This document shows positions 8,380-16,358 of a stretch of 28,068 bases of DNA, in pieces. Source of the DNA: a virus (lineage: Duplodnaviria; Caudoviricetes); IMG/VR virus record IMGVR_UViG_3300037195_000398, positions 1 to 28,068 of that record, one strand, 5' to 3'. A model generated the notes under the pieces. It worked only from the letters and a program-made list of their open reading frames with translations, was not told the DNA's origin and searched no databases. The position numbers were made by a program, and so were the translations under genes. Within the stretch, counting starts at the first letter, position 1, and every line of letters starts with the position of its first letter.

Positions 8380-8585
8380 GTGCCCGTGGTGACTTACGCA
8401 AAGTGGTTCGTGCTGCTCTTAAACGAGGGTGGGTCGAGATACCTATGGGTAATAAAACTGTTCACCGCATCCTTCAATGGCATAATGGAGACAGGATAAC
8501 TGTGTCTGCTACACCTAGTTGTTGCCACGCCGTTGCTAACTTCCAAGCAGATATGCGCAGAGTGGAGCGTAAAACTTTACCTTGA
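8376..8585 (+). CDS. HicA-like small protein
   Basis: Pattern LRK....A...GW......H......G...TVS.TPS......N...D.RR; ATGA overlap. Confidence 0.6.
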   Translation: MSARGDLRKVVRAALKRGWVEIPMGNKTVHRILQWHNGDRITVSATPSCCHAVANFQADMRRVERKTLP

Positions 8586-8654
8586 TGTTAAATTATATAT
8601 CATGTAGGGTTTGCTTATGAACAAGCTAGTAACAGTATTGATTGGAGATGAAAA

Positions 8655-9092
8655 GTGACTGTTGTAGTATGGGACGGCGAGGTTTTAGCCACCGACACAG
8701 CCGCAACCGATGGGGCTGCACAATGGGAAACTGAAAAGGCATGGTATCATATATGCGATGAGGGGGAAGTTATCCTCTCAGGCACCGGTCCGTTGCAGAC
8801 TATACTTGAGATGAGGGAATGGTTCAAAAATGGTGCGTTACACAACAAGTTTCCGAGTAGCCAGCTTACGCCCTTGTTTTGTCACTTCTTAGTGGTCAAT
8901 AGGAACGGACTGATAAGATATGAGCAAGGCTCAATACCAATAGAACATGGCACAGCGAAGTGTGCTTTCGGTGATGGAAAAGATTTTGCTTACGGCGCAC
9001 TAGCTATGGGGGCCAATGCGTTTGAGGCAGTTCGAGTAGCAATAGATTACTCAGTCCATTGTGGGTTGAGTGTTGCAACATACAAACTCTAA
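8655..9092 (+). CDS. Ntn-hydrolase, proteasome-beta/HslV-like peptidase
   Basis: GTG start with GGAG RBS; N-terminal Thr (MTVVVWDG..LATD), conserved Lys, SGTG, AFGDG..FAYGAL..GA.A.EAV..A. Confidence 0.72.
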   Translation: MTVVVWDGEVLATDTAATDGAAQWETEKAWYHICDEGEVILSGTGPLQTILEMREWFKNGALHNKFPSSQLTPLFCHFLVVNRNGLIRYEQGSIPIEHGTAKCAFGDGKDFAYGALAMGANAFEAVRVAIDYSVHCGLSVATYKL

Positions 9093-9104
9093 AAGGAGAT
9101 TATA

Positions 9105-9590
9105 ATGGGATATAGACTAAATAGAAAAAATAACGGGTTAAAAAGAAGTGGACCAAAGTTTAAGTCAGCCTTAGTCACTGTGCGTATGTTTCCTGAGGCG
9201 ACTGCAAAAATGCAAGCCGAGGTTGGTGGGCATAGCTTAGCAACAATCTATGATGCTCGTAATTGGAACAAGCGATACCCCGGTAAGAAACCTGAGTTAA
9301 ATATATCCGACAACCCTCAACCTGTTCTGAAAAGCAAAGCAAAGGCATTAGTCACTAAGAGACAGCAAACATACGGGCATCCACTCGATAACTTCCACAA
9401 CATCGTGCAGGGCAAACAGGTCTTAGCTAAGTGCAAAGACCCTGAGATACGCCATGCGCTTGAGATGATTTGGCTTAAGATGTGCCGCCTCATTGAGACA
9501 CCGGACCATGAGGATACGATTAACGACATAGCTGGCTATGCTGAGACTATTCATATGATTTACGAAGAACGTAAGCGGAGAAACGGATAG
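9105..9590 (+). CDS. DUF6378-like protein with possible N-terminal HTH
   Basis: RQQTYGHP..NF..I, M..LK.CR, HEDT..DIAGYA motifs; AAGGAG RBS. Confidence 0.7.
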   Translation: MGYRLNRKNNGLKRSGPKFKSALVTVRMFPEATAKMQAEVGGHSLATIYDARNWNKRYPGKKPELNISDNPQPVLKSKAKALVTKRQQTYGHPLDNFHNIVQGKQVLAKCKDPEIRHALEMIWLKMCRLIETPDHEDTINDIAGYAETIHMIYEERKRRNG

Positions 9591-9603
9591 GAATAAGGTG
9601 ATG

Positions 9604-9883
9604 AACGATTGATTTTGAAACCTACTATGATAAGGAGTGCGAGGTATGAGTGGGCAGATGAAGTTCAAACAGATTGCAGCATCCACTATGGTGGATGCCG
9701 ATGGTTTTGGTAAGGAGTTGTTGTATGGACTGGGCGAGGACGGCAGGGTGTATGTATATAACGATGGTATAGACCCCATAACCCATGAACGTGTAGCTAC
9801 CACCGCGTATTGGAAACAGATGAGCAACGAAGTCAAGCCGTGGACCTAGTAACGATTGATTTTGAAACCTACTATGACAAGGA
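9604..9883 (+). repeat. 33-bp direct repeat (9604-9636 / 9851-9883, 1 mismatch) duplicating the polymerase Exo I codons
   Basis: aacgattgattttgaaacctactatga(t/c)aagga twice. Confidence 0.92.
9646..9849 (+). CDS. Hypothetical protein (67 aa) between the two repeat copies
   Basis: TAAGGAG and GAGG upstream of ATG 9646; ORF track 9637..9849; stop overlaps the polymerase start. Confidence 0.7.
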   Translation: MSGQMKFKQIAASTMVDADGFGKELLYGLGEDGRVYVYNDGIDPITHERVATTAYWKQMSNEVKPWT

Positions 9884-11726
9884 ATACTCCCTCTCAAAAA
9901 TAACGATAGAGGAGTATATCCGCTCGGATAAATTCGAGGTCATAGGTGTAAGTGTTAAGATGAATGACAACCCTGCTGACTGGTATTCGGGAGGTGATGT
10001 CTATACGTTCCTCAACTCGTTGGACTACAGCGACAAAGCTATCCTATGCCATCACGCTGCCTTCGATGGGGCTATCCTATCGTGGGTCTATGACATTAAA
10101 CCAAGGCTCTGGCTTGATACTCTTTCTATGGCTAGACCTAAACACGCCGTAACTGTGGGCGGCTCTCTAAAAATGCTAACTCTGTCCTACGGTGTAGGAG
10201 AGAAAGGAACTGAGGTTGTCGATGCCCTTGGTAAGCACCGTAAAGATTTCACCCCCACACAGCTTGCTAAATACGGCCAGTATTGTGTCAACGATAGCGA
10301 GATAACTTATAAGTTGTTCAAGAAGTTACAGAACGGTTTCCCTGTGTCTGAGCTAATGGTTATTGACCAAATTATTCGTATGTACACCGAGCCAATACTC
10401 GAGTTAGATAGGTGGAGGTTAGAGAAACATCTTGCTGAAATTGTAGCTAAGAAGATGGCGCTTCTGAACAAGTTAGGTGGCGGTGGCAAGGCGAAGAAAA
10501 TTCTTATGTCCAACCCTAAGTTTGCCACTTTGCTTGATAAATTAGGTGTAGAAGTGCCTATGAAGATAAGCCTAAGGACAGGAAAATTAACCTATGCTTT
10601 TGCTAAAACTGACCAAGGGTTACTTGATTTATTAGAACACTCCAACCCTGCTGTTGTGGCAGTTGTTGAAGCGCGTATGGGTGTTAAGTCAACCATTGAG
10701 GAGACACGTACAGCCCGCTTAATAGATGTTTCCCAACGTGGTCCCTTGCCTATCATGCTTAACTATTACGGCGCACACACAGGTCGTTTTTCCGGTGGTG
10801 ATAAACTAAATCTTCAGAACCTACCTATTAGACAAGGTAGCGCAATACGCGACGCACTATGTGCGCCTGAAGGGTATAAGGTCATAGCATGTGATTCTTC
10901 ACAGATTGAAGCCCGCATTCTAGCTACTATTGCTAAACAACATGATTTAATAAAAGCATTCCGCGAAGGCCGTGATGTCTATAAAGATTTTGCTAGTATG
11001 GTTTATCACGTAGGTGTGAACGATGTAGATAAAAATAAGCGATTCATTGGTAAGACCTGCATACTAGGACTAGGTTACGGTATGGGGCCACCTAAGTTCC
11101 AAGACACGTTGCGGAGAGGTAGTCCATCTATGAAGGGGGCTAATACTACTACTCATATGAACGACCTTGAAGCTAGTCGTATTGTGTATTTCTACCGTGA
11201 AATTTACCAAGCAATCAGTCAGTTATGGAAAGAATGCGATGGTGTGCTTGTTAATATGGTGGCTGGGCAAAGCGGAATTATAAGAGACTTCCTAGCCTAC
11301 ACCCCTGAAGGGATAGAACTCCCCAATGGTTTAGTTATTAAGTATAATGAGTTAACGTATGACAAAGATGCCGGGTATCAATATATTTCTGATGCTAGAC
11401 AATTCCGTAAGCTGGCAAAACGTGTCGTAGCTGATTCAGAAGAAAAGATTGCATACACTAGTATTTACGGTGGTAAAATGGTAGAGAATATTGTTCAAGC
11501 TCTCGCTCGTATCGTTGTTACTGAACAGATGGTTGCTATCAAAGAAGCAGGGTATCCTGTTGCGTTACAAGTGCATGATGAGAATGTAGTCGTCGTCCGT
11601 ACAGAAGATGTAGTTACCGCACAACAAGTTATGGAGCATGTAATGTCAACCCCCCCCATTTGGATGCCGACATTGCCTGTAGCTTGTAAATCTGCAATAG
11701 GTGATAACTACGGAGAGTGTAAATAA
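9840..11726 (+). CDS. polA: Phage family A DNA polymerase (3'-5' exonuclease + polymerase)
   Basis: Exo I DFET, Exo II HHAAFD, Exo III YCVND; HTGRFSG, NLQN; motif A DSSQIEAR, B RFIGKTCILGLGYG, C VHDE; probable GTG start at 9840. Confidence 0.95.
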   Translation: MDLVTIDFETYYDKEYSLSKITIEEYIRSDKFEVIGVSVKMNDNPADWYSGGDVYTFLNSLDYSDKAILCHHAAFDGAILSWVYDIKPRLWLDTLSMARPKHAVTVGGSLKMLTLSYGVGEKGTEVVDALGKHRKDFTPTQLAKYGQYCVNDSEITYKLFKKLQNGFPVSELMVIDQIIRMYTEPILELDRWRLEKHLAEIVAKKMALLNKLGGGGKAKKILMSNPKFATLLDKLGVEVPMKISLRTGKLTYAFAKTDQGLLDLLEHSNPAVVAVVEARMGVKSTIEETRTARLIDVSQRGPLPIMLNYYGAHTGRFSGGDKLNLQNLPIRQGSAIRDALCAPEGYKVIACDSSQIEARILATIAKQHDLIKAFREGRDVYKDFASMVYHVGVNDVDKNKRFIGKTCILGLGYGMGPPKFQDTLRRGSPSMKGANTTTHMNDLEASRIVYFYREIYQAISQLWKECDGVLVNMVAGQSGIIRDFLAYTPEGIELPNGLVIKYNELTYDKDAGYQYISDARQFRKLAKRVVADSEEKIAYTSIYGGKMVENIVQALARIVVTEQMVAIKEAGYPVALQVHDENVVVVRTEDVVTAQQVMEHVMSTPPIWMPTLPVACKSAIGDNYGECK

Positions 11727-11926
11727 TGTGTGCTAAAATAACCACTTCGTACCTCTACATCGTTCTATTTTTTACGATTACCATACTGCCGTCCTGTGCC
11801 CTTGCTCCAGCCACACTAACCGGGACGGGGGCGGTATACGCTGAAATGCGTCGGCTGAACATCGAAGAACGCCTTAATAGGTTGGAACAAATTGTCTGCC
11901 CTGAAGGTTGTGATAATACCGACTAG
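11726..11926 (+). CDS. Small putative lipoprotein/membrane protein
   Basis: TAATG overlap; hydrophobic stretch ending LPSC; short coiled coil. Confidence 0.55.
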   Translation: MCAKITTSYLYIVLFFTITILPSCALAPATLTGTGAVYAEMRRLNIEERLNRLEQIVCPEGCDNTD

Positions 11927-11939
11927 TCTTCATAATGAA

Positions 11940-12593
11940 ATGACTAAGCTCACTCATTCCTATTCTGCGCTCAAGCAATTTGATAACTGTCCTAAGCAGT
12001 ATCAGATGCAACGCGTAACCCGTGAAGTTAAGCCAACGTCGGGTGAGGCCAGCCTCTATGGGGAACGCATACATAAACAACTTGAGAAACGCCTTAGAGG
12101 AGAAACTTTACTAGATGAAAGTATAAAATATGAGGTGTTATGCCAAGCGTTTGAAAAACTTACGGGGGAGTTACTTATTGAGCAGGAACTTACACTTAAC
12201 AAAAACCTTAAACCGACAGGATGGTGGGACGAAGACGCATGGCTTAGGTCTAAGTTAGATGTGTTAGTGCTTAATAAACATAAAGCGATTATAGCTGATT
12301 GGAAAACGGGTAAGTATCGTCCTGACTACTCACAACTAGAACTGTTTGCTCTCCAAATTTTTAAGCATTATCCACAGATTGAGTACGTAAAGACCAACTT
12401 CATATGGCTTAAAGATATGCGTATGGACACTCAAATATTCATGGTGGAGCAAGCACCCGCGTTATGGGACAGGTTGTTAACAAAGATACATAGAGTAGAG
12501 GCTGCTCTGGAAGCTAACAATTGGCCTGCTAAACCAAGTGGGTTGTGCCCTTGGTGCCCTGCCAAACATCTTTGTGAATTTTCAAGAATATAA
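11940..12593 (+). CDS. PD-(D/E)XK Cas4/AddB-like exonuclease
   Basis: SYS.L..F..CP, GERIH..LE, E..L, KLD, IIADWKTG, QL..FA, C-terminal CPWCP...C. Confidence 0.88.
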   Translation: MTKLTHSYSALKQFDNCPKQYQMQRVTREVKPTSGEASLYGERIHKQLEKRLRGETLLDESIKYEVLCQAFEKLTGELLIEQELTLNKNLKPTGWWDEDAWLRSKLDVLVLNKHKAIIADWKTGKYRPDYSQLELFALQIFKHYPQIEYVKTNFIWLKDMRMDTQIFMVEQAPALWDRLLTKIHRVEAALEANNWPAKPSGLCPWCPAKHLCEFSRI

Positions 12594-12594
12594 C

Positions 12595-12622
12595 TTGACA
12601 TTGCCGTAAGGTTATATACTAT
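12595..12622 (+). promoter_or_regulatory. Sigma70-type internal promoter
   Basis: TTGACA (12595-12600), 16 nt, TACTAT (12617-12622) in a 36-bp intergenic gap. Confidence 0.6.
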
Positions 12623-12629
12623 ATGTGGT

Positions 12630-12926
12630 ATGGCAACGACACCCGAAGGGAAAATTAAGCGTAAGATAGATAAGGTTCTAAAAGCCGAGGGTGTATGGTT
12701 CTTCAAACCACAAGCTGGCCCCTTCGGTAGGTCCGGTGTCCCTGATTATATACTTTGTGTCAATGGACATTTAGTAGGGATAGAGGCCAAAGCTGACGCT
12801 AGTAAAAAGCCAACGGAATTACAAACGCAGTGTATGGCGAAGATAGAAGCGGCAGGAGGTAAGTGTTTTATCGTTTATGATGATGTTACGATTGCGAAAG
12901 TTAAAGCATATGTTAGACGAGTTTAG
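12630..12926 (+). CDS. VRR-NUC domain nuclease (resolvase-like)
   Basis: PEGKIK, GVPD, GIEAKA, PT.LQ......I..AGG motifs. Confidence 0.88.
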   Translation: MATTPEGKIKRKIDKVLKAEGVWFFKPQAGPFGRSGVPDYILCVNGHLVGIEAKADASKKPTELQTQCMAKIEAAGGKCFIVYDDVTIAKVKAYVRRV

Positions 12927-13093
12927 TCGGGGAAGATTGCAAGGCGAGGGGTAGCGTCATGTCGGCACCTTCCTGTTTATTATTAAGCCGAAAAAAGGTT
13001 CAATGACACCGGTCCCGACGATATCATTACTGCCGTAATTGAACTAACTACCCTATTTAGTTAAGAACAAAGTTCTCGAAAGAAAGAAAGAAA

Positions 13094-14650
13094 TTGTTAG
13101 TAGTAGAGAAAATACAGACACTAGCTCTTAAACTTAATAACTCGGCAAGAGTGCTCGAGTGTATTCCTACTGCTGTGGAAATTACTACAGAGGAGCATAC
13201 TTTTACTGCTGTTCCTCATAGACCGAATGAAGTACGCGTCCTGCGTAACCTTGGTATCAAAGCCCCGGCACCTATTCTCCACTATTATGACTGGCCCGGT
13301 AATTTCACGCCATACTTACATCAACGCCAGACTTCTGCTTTTCTTACCATGAATGAGAAAGCTCTTGTGCTTAACGAGATAGGCACTGGTAAGACACAAT
13401 CTGCGTTATGGTCTGCTGATTACCTAATGAAAGTGGGCGCGATTAAGAAGGTTCTCATAATCTCTCCGCTCTCCACTTTAGAACGTGTTTGGGGGGATGC
13501 AATCTTCAAGGAGTTCCCCAATCGTAAATCCGTAACGCTACACGGGTCAGCAAAACGTCGCCTCAAATTGCTACGGACAAACGTAGACTTCTACATTATT
13601 AACCACGATGGCTTCGGTATCATATGTGATGAGTGTATGGACATGTTTGACTTGGTAATTGTGGATGAGGCAGCAATCTATCGTAACCCATCAACCGATA
13701 AGTTTCGCCGTCTTAGGAAATGGGTAGCACAACATCCTGACATACGACTCTGGCTTATGACCGGTACCCCCACTCCCAATGCCCCAACAGATGCGTGGGC
13801 TTTAGCTAAACTTATTGATAGTCCCTACGCACCGCGCACCTTTACTTCCTTTCGTGACCAGACAATGGAGAGGTTCGGGCAATACACTTTCGTTCCGCGC
13901 TCTACGAGTCTCGACACTGTAAAATATATTCTCCAACCTGCGGTGCGTTACACCAGGGATGAGTGTTTCGACCTCCCTAGCACTGTATTCCAGACGCGTG
14001 AGGTAACACTAAGCAAGGAGCAACAGGGTCACTACAACAAGATGATGAAGCACTTCATAACCGATGTTGCTGGCGGCGAGCAAATTACAGCGGTTAACGA
14101 AGCGGTGAAAATGCAGAAATTAGTGCAGATAGCTTGTGGTGTAGCTTACAACGATAAGGGTGAGAACGTAGAGATTAACTGCAAGCCACGAGTCAATACG
14201 ACATGCGAGATTATTGAGCAAGTGGGGGGTAAGGTCATAGTATTCGTACCCCTAACTGGGGCACTAGAGATGCTGGAGAGAGAACTTAGTAAGCGGTGGG
14301 CAGTAGGTGTAGTCAATGGTGCAGTACCCACACGGAAGCGTAATAAGATATTCAAAGATTTCCAAGACCATGACGAACCGCACATTATATTAGCTCATCC
14401 CGCAACTATGGCGCATGGCCTTACACTTACTGCTGCCTCCACTATCATTTGGTATGGTCCGGTGACTTCTAATGAACAGTATGTACAAGCTAATGGACGG
14501 ATAGAGCGCATAGGTAAACACCATACCTCTAACGTAGTTCATATAGAGGGAACAGCACTGGAGCGTAAAATGTATTCAAGGTTAAAGATGAAACAAAAGT
14601 TACAAGGGCTGCTGTTAGATTTAATCCAAGAGGAGATGAGTGATGGCTGA
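13094..14650 (+). CDS. SNF2-family (superfamily 2) DNA helicase
   Basis: PY.HQ, EIGTGKT, VIVDEA, TGTP, HGLTL, QANGRIERIG; TTG start. Confidence 0.92.
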   Translation: MLVVEKIQTLALKLNNSARVLECIPTAVEITTEEHTFTAVPHRPNEVRVLRNLGIKAPAPILHYYDWPGNFTPYLHQRQTSAFLTMNEKALVLNEIGTGKTQSALWSADYLMKVGAIKKVLIISPLSTLERVWGDAIFKEFPNRKSVTLHGSAKRRLKLLRTNVDFYIINHDGFGIICDECMDMFDLVIVDEAAIYRNPSTDKFRRLRKWVAQHPDIRLWLMTGTPTPNAPTDAWALAKLIDSPYAPRTFTSFRDQTMERFGQYTFVPRSTSLDTVKYILQPAVRYTRDECFDLPSTVFQTREVTLSKEQQGHYNKMMKHFITDVAGGEQITAVNEAVKMQKLVQIACGVAYNDKGENVEINCKPRVNTTCEIIEQVGGKVIVFVPLTGALEMLERELSKRWAVGVVNGAVPTRKRNKIFKDFQDHDEPHIILAHPATMAHGLTLTAASTIIWYGPVTSNEQYVQANGRIERIGKHHTSNVVHIEGTALERKMYSRLKMKQKLQGLLLDLIQEEMSDG

Positions 14651-15044
14651 ATTAACCGTTGATGCAATAGTGGAGACTTACATCACATTACGTTCACAGA
14701 AAGAAGCTATAGAAGCCGAAACTAAAGACAGGCTTGTCGGTATCAAGGAGAAGATGCACAAGCTGGAGACTTGGATACAGGCTAAATCAGATGAAACCGG
14801 GGTGAAATCTTTTAAGACTGACCACGGCACTGCCTTCTTAACCACCAGTGACTTCGCTAGTGTTGCTGACTGGGACGCTGTCTTAGCTTTTGTCAAAGAG
14901 AACGACGCTTACGATATGCTGACTAGAGGTGTGAGTAAGCGGGCTGTCCGTGGGTACATCGACGCTAACAAAGCTGTGCCCGATGGTGTGAATTTTGGAA
15001 CTAAGATAGGCGTGAGCGTAAGGCGGCCCGCGAAAAAAATATGA
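14643..15044 (+). CDS. Conserved phage replication-module protein (N-terminal coiled coil; Gam/Gp157-like architecture)
   Basis: GAGGAG RBS; coiled coil followed by KTDHGT, V.DWD, PDGV patterns. Confidence 0.6.
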   Translation: MAELTVDAIVETYITLRSQKEAIEAETKDRLVGIKEKMHKLETWIQAKSDETGVKSFKTDHGTAFLTTSDFASVADWDAVLAFVKENDAYDMLTRGVSKRAVRGYIDANKAVPDGVNFGTKIGVSVRRPAKKI

Positions 15045-15367
15045 CTGATTGGTTAAAAGATGTTGAGCCAGTCATGGCAGTATTCCCTATAACCAACGGG
15101 TTTGTGCTGCGTGTAACCCCCACTAATGAGCAGTTAGTGCTAGCACAACGGCAAGGGATACCACCTGTTAAGATTATATACGCTAAGGATGAGGTGGGTA
15201 TAGCTAAGGAGATTATCGCTGTCCAAGCTAGATACAAACTGGATGGTGTAACCGAAACGCCGCAGTCGCCGCAGATGCACGCTGCTGAGATGACTAGTTC
15301 ATCGAACGAACAACTCGAATTATTTACCGAAGAAGAACTTAAACAAGGAGAAAAAACTAATGAGTAA
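15041..15367 (+). CDS. Hypothetical protein with C-terminal QLELF motif
   Basis: ATGA overlap with the upstream gene; fills the gap to the next gene. Confidence 0.7.
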   Translation: MTDWLKDVEPVMAVFPITNGFVLRVTPTNEQLVLAQRQGIPPVKIIYAKDEVGIAKEIIAVQARYKLDGVTETPQSPQMHAAEMTSSSNEQLELFTEEELKQGEKTNE

Positions 15368-16358
15368 CGACATTATCCCTCTTAATATCAACGTTCCCGC
15401 CCACCTTACTGACCGCATTGGTCAGTCATCGGTCTTAGGCGACAACATCAGTAGTGGTATACAAACTGGTGCGGAGTTCCCTCGTATCTCAATCAAGGGT
15501 TCCCGTTTTCGTCTTATTGACGGTGGGACTGAGTCAGTGCTGAACGCAACCTCTATAGAAGTTGTTGTGGTGGGCGCTAACCCTAACCTATCTAAAGCTT
15601 TCTATGCTTCTGCATGGAATCCTGATGCTGAGCCGACTGCTCCTGACTGCTACACACTTACTGGTGATAAACCTCACCCTGATAGCACGCAACCACAGAA
15701 CGACCTCTGCGCAAGCTGCCCGCAGAATGCATGGGGGTCTAAGGTTACGCCCACCGGTACGAAAATTAAGGCTTGTGCCGACAAGAAGCGGCTGGCTGTT
15801 GTGTCTGCTAGTGACCCCAGTGGGGCTATCTATCTACTGGAAGTTACGGCGGCTGCACTTAAGGGGCTAACTCAGTACCAGAATGGGTTAAAAAGGCGCG
15901 GCATCCCAACAGAGATTGTGCGAACTACAGTTTCGTTTGATACTGACGCGTCTTATCCTAAGCTTAAGTTTAGCTACGCCGGTCTAATTGACGAAGCTAT
16001 TCAAGCCGAGGTGGACCCATTGTTCGGGTCGGATCAAGTCAAGCTCATTACTGGTCAGACAGAAACCGCAGTTCCTGTTATTGCTGCTCCTACCCCTGTA
16101 CCAGAACCTGCACCTGCACCTGCACCTGCACCGACACCTGCACCGACACCTGCACCGACACCTACTTCAGAACCTGTTGTTGAGACTAGAGCTACTGGGT
16201 TTGGAGCTGCGGCTGTGACGGCAGGTGCGGAGTTAGCGAAAACTACGGTCTCGACTGAGGAACCAGTGGCTGCTCCTGCTACTACGCCTGACACTGGGAC
16301 GGAAGGACTTGCTGCTGAAATCCAAGACCTTATGAAGGAGGTAGCCGACGATGCCTAA
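15360..16358 (+). CDS. Putative ssDNA-binding/recombination protein with Cys motif and Pro/Ala-rich acidic tail
   Basis: PRISIKG.RF, CASCPQN.WGS, KAC...RLAV motifs; replication-module position; acidic C-terminus. Confidence 0.6.
   Translation: MSNDIIPLNINVPAHLTDRIGQSSVLGDNISSGIQTGAEFPRISIKGSRFRLIDGGTESVLNATSIEVVVVGANPNLSKAFYASAWNPDAEPTAPDCYTLTGDKPHPDSTQPQNDLCASCPQNAWGSKVTPTGTKIKACADKKRLAVVSASDPSGAIYLLEVTAAALKGLTQYQNGLKRRGIPTEIVRTTVSFDTDASYPKLKFSYAGLIDEAIQAEVDPLFGSDQVKLITGQTETAVPVIAAPTPVPEPAPAPAPAPTPAPTPAPTPTSEPVVETRATGFGAAAVTAGAELAKTTVSTEEPVAAPATTPDTGTEGLAAEIQDLMKEVADDA
16107..16163 (+). repeat. Coding tandem repeats (cctgca)n and (ccgacacctgca)n encoding PAPAPAPAPTPAPTPAPTP
   Basis: 6-bp and 12-bp periodicity read directly. 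Confidence 0.9.

Noticed and set aside
9423-9897. Minus-strand ORFs both containing HSRFQNQS
   Set aside because: The shared peptide is just the reverse complement of the 33-bp duplication; the + strand genes have better support.
11940-12593. Cas4-like nuclease as evidence of a CRISPR-Cas system
   Set aside because: Stand-alone Cas4-like nucleases are routine in phage replication modules; no cas1/cas2 or array is present.
12926-13022. Possible tRNA (paired ends and ggttcaat)
   Set aside because: The T-arm stem does not pair and no D or anticodon arm can be built.
15988-16294. LHLHLHRH and GAGVGAG repeat ORFs
   Set aside because: Alternative-frame readings of the Pro/Ala/Thr linker repeat.
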